Part shown: positions 8,103-16,554 of the stretch, one piece after another
Position numbering within the stretch: position 1 is the stretch's first letter
How the letters are laid out: each line of letters opens with the position of its first letter
Virus record (IMG/VR): IMGVR_UViG_3300046000_001432
Location: 1 to 28,772 of that record
DNA from: a virus
Taxonomy: Duplodnaviria; Caudoviricetes
DNA length: 28,772 bases
Direction: 5' to 3' (one strand)
Made by a program: the position numbers and the translations under genes
Notes under the pieces: generated by a model
Database searches by the model: none
What the model was told of the DNA's origin: nothing
The model's input: the letters and a program-made list of their open reading frames with translations, nothing else

Positions 8103-8603
8103 ATGGCAAATTTAATCCGAGAACAAAAAATTATTGATAGCAATAAGAGAGCTTTGATCAAGTATGTCATTGTTTCCGATGGCTCACAAAGTTCTAATAC
8201 ATTACTGATCAACGTATCAACATTAGCATTTGCTTTGAATGCTAATGGATACATTATGCAGTCTGGTGTTCATCCTAAAACAAAGTATAATACCACTATT
8301 AAGCGTATCAATGGTCAAGTAGCAGCAGCTAATGCTAAGATAAAGTTACAGTGGCAAGGTGCTGCTAACTCCGAGATTGTCACATTTGGCGCAGGATCAT
8401 TCGATTATGATTTCCAAAGTATGGGTGATGGAGCAACAATTCCAAATCCAGAGACAAGTTCAAACGGTCACATACTCATATCAACAGCAAACTTAGGTGC
8501 TGGTGAATTGGTAACGATCTTTATTGATTTGAAGAAGAACGGTGAAGATTACGATCAAGGCCAAACAGCAGATCCATATGCATTCAACAGAAGACCTCTA
8601 TAA
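8103..8603 (+). CDS. Hypothetical protein, probably virion structural (beta-rich)
   Basis: 166-aa ORF tightly packed between its neighbours (1-nt gap upstream, TAATG overlap downstream) in the late head cluster. Confidence 0.7.
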   Translation: MANLIREQKIIDSNKRALIKYVIVSDGSQSSNTLLINVSTLAFALNANGYIMQSGVHPKTKYNTTIKRINGQVAAANAKIKLQWQGAANSEIVTFGAGSFDYDFQSMGDGATIPNPETSSNGHILISTANLGAGELVTIFIDLKKNGEDYDQGQTADPYAFNRRPL

Positions 8604-9178
8604 TGAAAAACATCGTTCAGCTAATTAGAGAACACAAGTTTACAGAAATAGGAGAACAGATCGATAATTCTGTTCCATTAATTATGGAAAAGAAACTTTT
8701 GGAATTAAAAAAAGCTGTTGCTGCTAAGATGTGTGAACAGATGAAATCTGCTTCTCAAAAAATTAGAGGAGAGCTTACGGAAGATGAAATTGAAGAATCA
8801 ATTGATCCTACAGAAATACACAATGGTCCAGCACCAAAAGGACAGAGAGTTAATCGCGATGATAAAGGTGATAAGCAACCACCTAACACTACAGTTGTTC
8901 CAAAAAACAATCTAAAAGAAGAAGAAGAACTAGACGAAGCCCGCATTAATCTTATTAGAGCTAGAATTCGCGGTGGTAAAATTCAACGTCGTAAGAGAGT
9001 ATCAAATGTTCCTGGAATGACTCTACGTGGTGGAACATTAAAGCGCATGTCTGCTGCTGAACGCCGTCGTAGAAAGATGGGTGCCCGTAAAGGTAAGATG
9101 AAGCGCAGAGCAAAGCTTTCCAGATCATTAATGAAGCGTAAGCGTTCATTACAAAAAAGAAAATCATTAGGACTATAA
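8603..9178 (+). CDS. g68: Prohead core protein gp68-like (with gp67-like N-terminal helix)
   Basis: Highly basic C-terminus ending KRKRSLQKRKSLGL, like T4 gp68 (KRRKALGL); immediately upstream of g21. Confidence 0.75.
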   Translation: MKNIVQLIREHKFTEIGEQIDNSVPLIMEKKLLELKKAVAAKMCEQMKSASQKIRGELTEDEIEESIDPTEIHNGPAPKGQRVNRDDKGDKQPPNTTVVPKNNLKEEEELDEARINLIRARIRGGKIQRRKRVSNVPGMTLRGGTLKRMSAAERRRRKMGARKGKMKRRAKLSRSLMKRKRSLQKRKSLGL

Positions 9179-9180
9179 AG

Positions 9181-9828
9181 ATGAAACTCATTAAAGAAGA
9201 AGTTTTAAACGTTCAGTATCTTGTAGAAGAAGATGGTAAAGGTGGTAAAACCCACTCTATTCAAGGCATCTTTATGCAGGCTGAAAAACAAAATAGAAAT
9301 GGTCGTGTGTATCCGCGTCATGTTCTTAGTAAAGAAGTTGAAAGATACAATCAAAATTATGTAACAAAAAATCGTGCTTTCGGAGAACTTGGGCATCCAG
9401 ATTCTCCAACGATTAACTTAGATCGTGTATCACACATGATCACAAGCTTAAAACCAGATGGTAATAACTTTATTGGTAAAGCAAAAATCTTAGATACTCC
9501 AAATGGAAGAATTGTGAAAAGTTTATTAGATGGTGGAGCAAGTCTAGGTGTGTCAACAAGAGGCGTAGGGTCTCTTAAGCCAGCCAACGGCTTTCAACTT
9601 GTTCAGGACGATTTTCATTTGGCTACAGCGGCCGATATCGTTGCTGATCCCTCAGCTCCAGACGCATTTGTCCAAGGTATAATGGAAAATGCAGAATGGA
9701 TTTTAACTAATGAAGGTTGGAAAGCAATGCATCAAGATCGTGCTAGAAGAATGCTAAAAGAAGCTTCTAGTGCCGATATTGAAGGAGTTGCTTTGAAAAT
9801 CTTTGAAAACTACATCTCAAAACTTTAA
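9181..9828 (+). CDS. g21: Prohead protease gp21
   Basis: IQGIFMQAEKQNRNGRVYP, GELGHP (catalytic His), LGVSTRGVGSL (catalytic Ser) and DIVADPSAPDAFV. Confidence 0.97.
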   Translation: MKLIKEEVLNVQYLVEEDGKGGKTHSIQGIFMQAEKQNRNGRVYPRHVLSKEVERYNQNYVTKNRAFGELGHPDSPTINLDRVSHMITSLKPDGNNFIGKAKILDTPNGRIVKSLLDGGASLGVSTRGVGSLKPANGFQLVQDDFHLATAADIVADPSAPDAFVQGIMENAEWILTNEGWKAMHQDRARRMLKEASSADIEGVALKIFENYISKL

Positions 9829-9832
9829 ATAA

Positions 9833-9840
9833 TATAAATA
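9833..9840 (+). promoter_or_regulatory. T4-type late promoter (TATAAATA) for g22
   Basis: Perfect consensus in the intergenic gap, followed by AAGGAG RBS. Confidence 0.85.
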
Positions 9841-9864
9841 AAAGAAATAAAGGAGTAATCTAAT

Positions 9865-11064
9865 ATGGCAAAGTCATTAACTGAAGCAGCAAGAGCTGTC
9901 CTTATGCAGGAAGAAACAGCACTAGCAGCTACATTAAAGCCAGGCTCAAAGTCAGTAGACCCAGCACAAACACTTGGTTCTGCTACTAAGCTTGCGGATC
10001 CAGTAATTCAACCAAACGGCACTGATGGTTCAAATCTTGGTGCTGCGGCTGCTGCTGGCATTAAAACAGATACATCTGTCAAGAAAGCAACAAAGCCTGA
10101 ACCAATGAAGAAGAAGGCAGAGGTTATGGAAGAAGATGTTGAAGAAGTTGCAGAAGAGAATCAGGAAGAAATCAACGAAGAAGATGATGTTGAACTTTCC
10201 GAAGAACTAGAATCATTCATCGATCAGTGCCTTGAAGAAGGTATGGACGAAGATCAAATTGCTGAAGCAATCGAAGAAAACTTTGAATTCGTAACTGAAG
10301 AATCAGAAGAAGATGTAATGGAAAATTACGAAGTAGACATGTCCGAGCATGTTGACGCTCTTCTAGCTGGTGAAGAACTCTCAGAAGAATTCCGTGAAAA
10401 AGCTACAGCTATTTTTGAAGCCGCTGTTAAGCAGAAGGTTGCAGAAGAAATTGCAGTAATTGAAGAAGCATTTGCTGCTACTCTTGAAGAAGAAGTTGGT
10501 CGCATTGAAGAAGAACTTTCAACAAATGTTGATGACTACCTTAACTACGTTGTCGAACAGTGGACAGCAGAAAACGAAGTTGCTATTGAAGCAAGTCTTC
10601 GTTCCGAACTAACCGAAGAATTTATCTCTGGTCTCCGTAACCTATTCGTTGAACACTACATCGATATTCCTGAAGAAGCAGTATCAGTTGTAGAAGAAAT
10701 GGGTAACAAGGTTGCTGAACTAGAAGAAAAACTAAATGAGGAAATTGAGCGTAGTGTTACTCTAAGCAAGATGCTCAATGAATCGCAGTCTAATGAAATT
10801 TTACTTAATGCTTGTGATGGATTGACAGATACACAAGCAGAGAAGTTAAAATCTCTTGCTGAAGGAATTGAGTACGCTGATGCTAATGAATATGCTCAGA
10901 AAGTTTCTATTCTTAAGGAAAACTATTTCTCAACATCAGTTAAGTCTGGTAATGTTCTAGATGCTGCCGAATCATCAACAGATGGTAGAGGTATGATCTC
11001 TGAAGAACTAAACGGACCAATGGCCGCATATGTTAGATCACTTGGCAAAACACAGCTAAGATAA
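9865..11064 (+). CDS. g22: Prohead core scaffold protein gp22
   Basis: Very acidic coiled coil with LSEEFREKATAIFEAAV, VDDYLNYVVEQW and LFVEHYIDIP; between g21 and g23. Confidence 0.95.
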   Translation: MAKSLTEAARAVLMQEETALAATLKPGSKSVDPAQTLGSATKLADPVIQPNGTDGSNLGAAAAAGIKTDTSVKKATKPEPMKKKAEVMEEDVEEVAEENQEEINEEDDVELSEELESFIDQCLEEGMDEDQIAEAIEENFEFVTEESEEDVMENYEVDMSEHVDALLAGEELSEEFREKATAIFEAAVKQKVAEEIAVIEEAFAATLEEEVGRIEEELSTNVDDYLNYVVEQWTAENEVAIEASLRSELTEEFISGLRNLFVEHYIDIPEEAVSVVEEMGNKVAELEEKLNEEIERSVTLSKMLNESQSNEILLNACDGLTDTQAEKLKSLAEGIEYADANEYAQKVSILKENYFSTSVKSGNVLDAAESSTDGRGMISEELNGPMAAYVRSLGKTQLR

Positions 11065-11070
11065 AGAAAT

Positions 11071-11078
11071 TATAAATA
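11071..11078 (+). promoter_or_regulatory. T4-type late promoter (TATAAATA) for g23
   Basis: Perfect consensus in the intergenic gap, followed by AAAGGAG RBS. Confidence 0.88.
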
Positions 11079-11112
11079 TTAATAAAGTAAGACTTTAAAG
11101 GAGAATACTAAA

Positions 11113-12471
11113 ATGTATCTTACAGAACAATTAGAACAGAAGTGGGCACCGGTGCTTGACCACGCCGGCGCAAATCCAATTAAGGATTCATACCGTCGTG
11201 CAGTTACAGCACTTGTCCTTGAGAACCAGGAAAAGGCAATGGCTGAAGAAGGCCGTATGCTTAACGAATCTGCACCAACCAACTACACTGCAGGTGGTTT
11301 TAGCGGTTCATCTGCTGCTGCTGGTCCAGTTGCAGGTTACGATCCAATCCTAATCAGTTTGGTTCGTCGCGCTCTTCCAAACCTAATGGCTTATGACATT
11401 GCAGGCGTTCAGCCAATGACAGGTCCAACAGGACTAATCTTCGCAATGCGCTCACGCCGTGGCACAAATCGTGGCACAAACGAAACATTCTTTGATGAAG
11501 TTCTAACAAGCTTCACATCATCTAATGCAGCTGGCGGTATGGCTGGTACAGTTGCTCATACTGGTTCAAACCCAGTTTCTAACACAGCTAACAATGATGC
11601 TTATACCACTGGTAAGGGTATGACAACATCACAGGCTGAAGCTCTTGGTGATTCAGGAGACAACGTTTTTGCTGAAATGAACTTCTCCATTGAAAAGGTA
11701 ACTGTTACAGCACGTTCACGCGCTCTAAAGGCAGAATACACAATGGAACTTGCTCAGGATCTTAAGGCTGTTCACGGTCTAGACGCTGAGACAGAACTTG
11801 CAAACATTCTTTCAACAGAAATTCTTGCTGAAATCAACCGTGAAGTTGTAAGAACTGTTTACCGTTCAGCCGTTGTTGGCGCTCAGTACGGTGTAACAAC
11901 CGCTGGTACATTCGACCTCGACACAGACTCAAATGGCCGTTGGTCAGTTGAAAAGTTCAAGGGTCTTGTATTCCAGATTGAACGTGAATGCAATGCAATT
12001 GCTAAGGGTACAAGACGTGGTAAGGGTAATATTCTTATCGTTTCTTCTGATATTGCTTCAGCTCTTTCTATGGCAGGTGTTCTTGATTACACACCTGCTC
12101 TTAATGTTAACCTAACAGTTGACGATACTGGCAATACTTTTGCTGGCACAATGCACGGTCGCATTAAGGTATACATCGATCCATACTTCGGTGGTTCATC
12201 AAACGGTGACGAGCTTGTAACAGTTGGTTATAAGGGTACTTCACCTTATGACGCTGGTCTATTCTACTGCCCATACGTTCCTCTCCAGATGGTTCGCGCT
12301 ATCGGTCAGGATACCTTCCAGCCAAAGATCGGCTTCAAGACACGTTACGGAATGGTAGCTAACCCATTTGCTAAGGGTCTAACTCAGCTTTCAGACCTTT
12401 CTGACTCAATCACAGATACAGTACGCTCTAACCAGTACTACCGTATCTTCCGCGTTCGCAATCTTACCTAA
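11113..12471 (+). CDS. g23: Major capsid protein gp23
   Basis: KWAPVLDH, GVQPMTGPTGLIFAMR, ARSRALKAEYTMELAQDLKAVHGLDAE and FQPKIGFKTRYGMVANPF. Confidence 0.99.
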   Translation: MYLTEQLEQKWAPVLDHAGANPIKDSYRRAVTALVLENQEKAMAEEGRMLNESAPTNYTAGGFSGSSAAAGPVAGYDPILISLVRRALPNLMAYDIAGVQPMTGPTGLIFAMRSRRGTNRGTNETFFDEVLTSFTSSNAAGGMAGTVAHTGSNPVSNTANNDAYTTGKGMTTSQAEALGDSGDNVFAEMNFSIEKVTVTARSRALKAEYTMELAQDLKAVHGLDAETELANILSTEILAEINREVVRTVYRSAVVGAQYGVTTAGTFDLDTDSNGRWSVEKFKGLVFQIERECNAIAKGTRRGKGNILIVSSDIASALSMAGVLDYTPALNVNLTVDDTGNTFAGTMHGRIKVYIDPYFGGSSNGDELVTVGYKGTSPYDAGLFYCPYVPLQMVRAIGQDTFQPKIGFKTRYGMVANPFAKGLTQLSDLSDSITDTVRSNQYYRIFRVRNLT

Positions 12472-12498
12472 TAATAAGAAGAGACGCAGTAACAACTT

Positions 12499-12523
12499 GG
12501 GCGGTGGCAACACCGCCCTTTTT
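12499..12523 (+). terminator. Rho-independent terminator after g23
   Basis: GGGCGGTG-GCAA-CACCGCCC perfect 8-bp stem with GNRA loop, followed by TTTTT. Confidence 0.92.
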
Positions 12524-12528
12524 GTTTA

Positions 12529-12536
12529 TATAAATA
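12529..12536 (+). promoter_or_regulatory. T4-type late promoter (TATAAATA) for g3
   Basis: Perfect consensus right after the g23 terminator; GAGGT RBS follows. Confidence 0.85.
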
Positions 12537-12551
12537 TACCAGAGGTACCAA

Positions 12552-13070
12552 ATGACAACAGAATCATTCATTACTAGAACTCCAGAGAATACTAGTTTGC
12601 TTCAAGCAACTAAGTATACATTTACTGTACCTAATCTTCCATTTGCCAAATACTTTTGTCAGTCTGTTGTTATGCCAGGCGTATCTACTGGTGCTATACC
12701 TGTTTCAAGCCCATTCTCTGACATATATCGTCATGGTATAAAACTTACATATGAAGAGCTTAGAATCACATTCATCGTTGATGAAGACTTAAGATCGTGG
12801 CAAGAAACATATAACTGGCTAAGAGGTATAGCTCGTCCAACAAAACATGAAGAATACATTAAGCATTTTGATTCGAAAGCATCTTTATATTATGATGGTA
12901 TTTTAACAATCAACACAAATTCCAACTTGCCTAATGTTCGCTTCAAGTTCAAAGACTGTCATCCTGTTACTCTTAGTGGTATAACATTCAATACGGCCGA
13001 TTCAGCCGAAAACACTATCACAGCCGATCTTGGCATTAGATATGATTATTTTGATATTGAGCGTCTTTAA
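12552..13070 (+). CDS. g3: Tail completion / sheath stabilizer gp3
   Basis: YFCQSVVMPGVS, LTYEELRITFIVDEDLRSWQETYNWL and FKDCHPVTLSGITF (tube-like fold); g23-g3-uvsY order. Confidence 0.9.
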   Translation: MTTESFITRTPENTSLLQATKYTFTVPNLPFAKYFCQSVVMPGVSTGAIPVSSPFSDIYRHGIKLTYEELRITFIVDEDLRSWQETYNWLRGIARPTKHEEYIKHFDSKASLYYDGILTINTNSNLPNVRFKFKDCHPVTLSGITFNTADSAENTITADLGIRYDYFDIERL

Positions 13071-13073
13071 CAC

Positions 13074-13102
13074 TTGACTTTTACCTAAAAACATAGTATA
13101 GT
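13074..13102 (+). promoter_or_regulatory. sigma70-type promoter for uvsY-uvsW
   Basis: TTGACT-17 nt-TATAGT in the intergenic gap. Confidence 0.8.
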
Positions 13103-13130
13103 AATATACATTTTTTGTGATGGAGAAGCT

Positions 13131-13580
13131 ATGAAGCCGCCAGTGAATATAGAATTGCTCATGGAAGAATGGGTAAAGGATGCAGGATACGATGAGACTG
13201 AACCTCAGAAAGCGGTAGCAAACATACCGAAACTCCATGCCAAGTATCTTCGTATTATGACACATCATAATTTAATCTCCAAGAAACTCACATCGGAATA
13301 TAATAGCAGACGCAAGATCAAGTGGGAATACTATTCTGGTGATCTGAATAATCCAGAAGACCTTGCGCGTTATGGTCTAGAACCAATGATGAAGAAAGTA
13401 CTTCGTGCTGATCTACAGCATTATCTTGATTCGGACACTGAACTAAATAACATACTATTGAAAAAAGTTATGCATGAAGAGATTGTTGATTTCTGTAAGA
13501 ATGTTCTAAAAGAACTGAACAACAGAACATGGCAACTCAAGTCATACATGGATTGGGAAAAGTTTATAGGTGGACAGTAA
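13131..13580 (+). CDS. uvsY: Recombination mediator UvsY
   Basis: IPKLHAKYL, KWEYYSG and LNNRTWQLKSYMDWEKF; upstream of uvsW. Confidence 0.92.
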   Translation: MKPPVNIELLMEEWVKDAGYDETEPQKAVANIPKLHAKYLRIMTHHNLISKKLTSEYNSRRKIKWEYYSGDLNNPEDLARYGLEPMMKKVLRADLQHYLDSDTELNNILLKKVMHEEIVDFCKNVLKELNNRTWQLKSYMDWEKFIGGQ

Positions 13581-15048
13581 AATTATCATTAGAAATGTGA
13601 ATGAAGCCTATGTAGCTATCATCTGTGAAGATGGTGTTGCTTATGAGCTTCGTGAAAACTTTACATTTCAAGTTCCAGGTTATCAGTTTACGCCTCAGTA
13701 TAGGGCTAGACTGTGGGATGGAAAGATAAGACTATTTGATATTAGAACAAAACAGCTATATCGTGGTCTAGTACCATATATTGCCAAGTTTTGTGAAGAG
13801 CGAAACTATGAATGGGATTATGAAAATGAAGACTTTGATGAAGAGTTTTCATTAGCGGAAGCAAAAGAGTTTGTAGAGAAACTAAGGCCGAAACATGCTC
13901 CAAGAGACTATCAATTGGACGCTTTCGTACATGCCATCCGTACAAGACGTAGTTTATTACTCAGCCCCACTGCAAGTGGTAAGTCTCTTATTATTTATCT
14001 TCTATCTCGGTTTTTCCAATATAGAAAACTGAAAAGAGGGTTGATCATTGTTCCGACAGTATCTCTGGTAGAACAATTGACAAGCGACTTCAAAGAGTAT
14101 AGTGAAACGAATGGTTGGGACGTTAGCGCGAACATACATAAAGTTTATCAGGGTCAGGACAAGGATACAGACAAGTTCCTGACGATTTCAACTTGGCAAT
14201 CTCTATACAAGATGCCTAAGAAGTGGTTCGCGCAATTTGATTTTGTAATCGGTGATGAAGCTCATTTGTTCAAAGCCAAATCTCTAACAGACATTATGAC
14301 AGGACTATCAAATGCAAAGTACAGAATTGGCACTACAGGCACCCTTGATGGAACAAAGACTCACCGCCTTGTACTTGAAGGGCTATTTGGCTCCGTTCGA
14401 AAAGTCATCACAACGAAAGAACTTATGGATGCAAAACACTTGGCTTCATTCCAAATCAAGTGCTTACTTCTTAGACATAGTGATGCTATCTGCCAGGCAA
14501 GTAAGAATTTCACCTATCAGCAAGAAATTGAATACCTTGTTCTTAATGAGTCCCGTAACAGATTTATTAGTAACCTCGCAGTATCTCTCGACGGAAATAC
14601 CCTCGTCCTATACCAATATGTCGATAAGCACGGAAGAATCCTACACGATCTCATTTCCGCAAAGCTCGGAGCAGATAGAAAAGTCTTCTTCGTCCATGGC
14701 GGAACAGAAGTTGACATTAGAGAGGAGATAAGAGGAATTGTTGAAAAAGAAACTGACGCTATTATTGTTGCTTCTTTTGGTACTTTTAGTACTGGTATCA
14801 ATATTAGAAACCTGCATAACATTATATTTGCTTCTCCATCCAAATCTCGTATTCGGAATCTTCAGTCTATCGGGCGTGGGCTAAGAAGGTCTGAAACTAA
14901 AGATGAAGCGCAGTTATTTGATATCGCGGATGATATGAGACATAAGAAGCGCGAAAACTATACATTGAAACACTTTGCCGAGAGAATCAAAATATATACA
15001 GAAGAGAAGTTCAAATTCAAAATCTATAAGATAGAACTAAAAGGATAG
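13570..15048 (+). CDS. uvsW: SF2 DNA helicase UvsW
   Basis: WDGKIRLF, PRDYQ, SPTASGKS (Walker A), DEAH and QSIGRGLR; GTG start overlapping uvsY. Confidence 0.97.
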   Translation: MDSKIIIRNVNEAYVAIICEDGVAYELRENFTFQVPGYQFTPQYRARLWDGKIRLFDIRTKQLYRGLVPYIAKFCEERNYEWDYENEDFDEEFSLAEAKEFVEKLRPKHAPRDYQLDAFVHAIRTRRSLLLSPTASGKSLIIYLLSRFFQYRKLKRGLIIVPTVSLVEQLTSDFKEYSETNGWDVSANIHKVYQGQDKDTDKFLTISTWQSLYKMPKKWFAQFDFVIGDEAHLFKAKSLTDIMTGLSNAKYRIGTTGTLDGTKTHRLVLEGLFGSVRKVITTKELMDAKHLASFQIKCLLLRHSDAICQASKNFTYQQEIEYLVLNESRNRFISNLAVSLDGNTLVLYQYVDKHGRILHDLISAKLGADRKVFFVHGGTEVDIREEIRGIVEKETDAIIVASFGTFSTGINIRNLHNIIFASPSKSRIRNLQSIGRGLRRSETKDEAQLFDIADDMRHKKRENYTLKHFAERIKIYTEEKFKFKIYKIELKG

Positions 15049-15052
15049 TAAC

Positions 15053-15454
15053 ATGGAACAAGACATTCAGTTTCTTAGACTTAAAAATGGTGAAGACTTA
15101 ATAACGGAAGTTCAAGAGACTGATGGTTCTTTAGTTCTTGTCAATCCATGCAAGATACTTTACTTGAAAGGAAAGAAGTCTGGCTTTCTTTCTATATCAC
15201 TTATGCAGTGGGTATTCTCTAGGATATCTGCTGACCAAATGTTTGAAATAGATAAGAATGAAGTTCTGTTTAAGACACTACCAGATGATGGAATGATTAT
15301 TCACTATATCAATTCAGTTGAACACTTCTTGGAAAAAGAATCAAGTAGTAACATTGAATATGATGATCCAACAATTGATGATTCCTATGAAGATAACCTT
15401 GAAATGCTTAAGGATCTAATAGGAACTAAAGATGATAAGGGAAAGTTACACTGA
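15053..15454 (+). CDS. Hypothetical protein, possible Sm-like fold
   Basis: LRLKNGEDLITEV...LVNP...W pattern typical of the small gene following uvsW in T4-like phages; AAGGA RBS. Confidence 0.65.
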   Translation: MEQDIQFLRLKNGEDLITEVQETDGSLVLVNPCKILYLKGKKSGFLSISLMQWVFSRISADQMFEIDKNEVLFKTLPDDGMIIHYINSVEHFLEKESSSNIEYDDPTIDDSYEDNLEMLKDLIGTKDDKGKLH

Positions 15455-15735
15455 TGGCAAACGATAAGAACATATACCTAGACTTGGAAGATGAAGATGA
15501 CTTCGGATTCACATTTGCTGATGAAAGCGATATCATTGAGGAAAATAAAGAATACTCTTCTCTTCAGGAACAAGTTGATGATTTAAAACTAAGATTGTCT
15601 GCTCTTAATAAAATCTTTATGCCTCTACTGGAAAATCTAGCTAAAGATCCTGATAAGCCTATGATCAAATGGCCTAATCGTAAAGAACAGATAGATAAGC
15701 AGATCAAGAAGCTTAAGTCTCTAACTACCATATAG
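15454..15735 (+). CDS. Hypothetical protein
   Basis: 93-aa ORF coupled to the upstream gene by TGATG; acidic DDFGFTF N-terminus, coiled coil, and IKWPNR motif. Confidence 0.75.
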   Translation: MANDKNIYLDLEDEDDFGFTFADESDIIEENKEYSSLQEQVDDLKLRLSALNKIFMPLLENLAKDPDKPMIKWPNRKEQIDKQIKKLKSLTTI

Positions 15736-15763
15736 AGTTATTCATATGATGGCTGACATAGCC

Positions 15764-15792
15764 TTTATACCACGCTGTCAAGCATTTGTCAA
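15764..15792 (-). promoter_or_regulatory. Antisense sigma70-type promoter
   Basis: Minus strand reads TTGACA-17 nt-TATAAA with TGn extension (TGG), pointing back towards uvsW. Confidence 0.6.
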
Positions 15793-15809
15793 TAGAAAAG
15801 TGAGTCCGA

Positions 15810-16391
15810 ATGAAGAAAGTTACAGTACACTATGTAGACAATAAAAAGTTCTACGAAGAGATTTTAAAGTATAGGGAAAGTATCCAGAAAGCAAGAGTAG
15901 AAGGTAAACAAGATCCTCGTTTACCAGAATATATCGGTGAATGTATTTTCAAGATTGCAAAGAAACTTTCCACAATGCCACGCTTCATCAACTATTCATA
16001 CCGTGATGAGATGATATCCGATGGCATTGAGAACTGTATTATGTATTTCAAAGATTACAATCCAGAAATAGGGCAGAATCCATTTGCGTATTTCACGCAG
16101 ATCATCTATTATGCTTTCCTTAGACGAATAGGTAAAGAAGAGAAGAACAGGTACATCATATATAAGAATTATCAGGAAAGCATTGTCAATCAAGGCAACT
16201 CTGGATTCCTTGTAGATAATGATGATAATCACTTGATGCCAACTCAAATGTATGATAACATAAATGACTTCATGGCAAAGTTTGAGAAGAGAGAACACGA
16301 AAAGAAAGTAAAGCGTAAGCAGACAAAGGAAGGCTTACAGAAATTTTATGAGGAAGAAACCGATGACAAACGAAGTGCCGTTTCAGATTGA
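15810..16391 (+). CDS. g55: Late-transcription sigma factor gp55
   Basis: HYVDNKKF, YIGECIFKIA, FINYSYRDEMISDGIENC and NPFAYFTQIIYYAFLRRI. Confidence 0.97.
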   Translation: MKKVTVHYVDNKKFYEEILKYRESIQKARVEGKQDPRLPEYIGECIFKIAKKLSTMPRFINYSYRDEMISDGIENCIMYFKDYNPEIGQNPFAYFTQIIYYAFLRRIGKEEKNRYIIYKNYQESIVNQGNSGFLVDNDDNHLMPTQMYDNINDFMAKFEKREHEKKVKRKQTKEGLQKFYEEETDDKRSAVSD

Positions 16392-16554
16392 ACATTTGAT
16401 CAATAGCCTACTTAACAAAAAAGAAAATATCCACATTCGTGGAAACTATAGACAAAGATTAGTCAACATACAGGAAGCACTTGACAAAGCGATAAAAAAG
16501 TACGATAATGAGCTTTATATATCCAACACTCAAGGAAAGAAAAAGCGTGCTTAA
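16363..16554 (+). CDS. Hypothetical protein (63 aa)
   Basis: Start moved from 16348 to the ATG at 16363 because GAGGA lies 8 nt upstream; TAATG coupling to g47. Confidence 0.7.
   Translation: MTNEVPFQIEHLINSLLNKKENIHIRGNYRQRLVNIQEALDKAIKKYDNELYISNTQGKKKRA
16481..16509 (+). promoter_or_regulatory. Intragenic sigma70-type promoter upstream of g47
   Basis: TTGACA-17 nt-GATAAT, ending 44 nt before the g47 start. Confidence 0.55.

Noticed and set aside
10120-10340. GAAGAA-rich low-complexity DNA in g22
   Set aside because: Explained by the normal Glu-rich composition of the scaffold protein.
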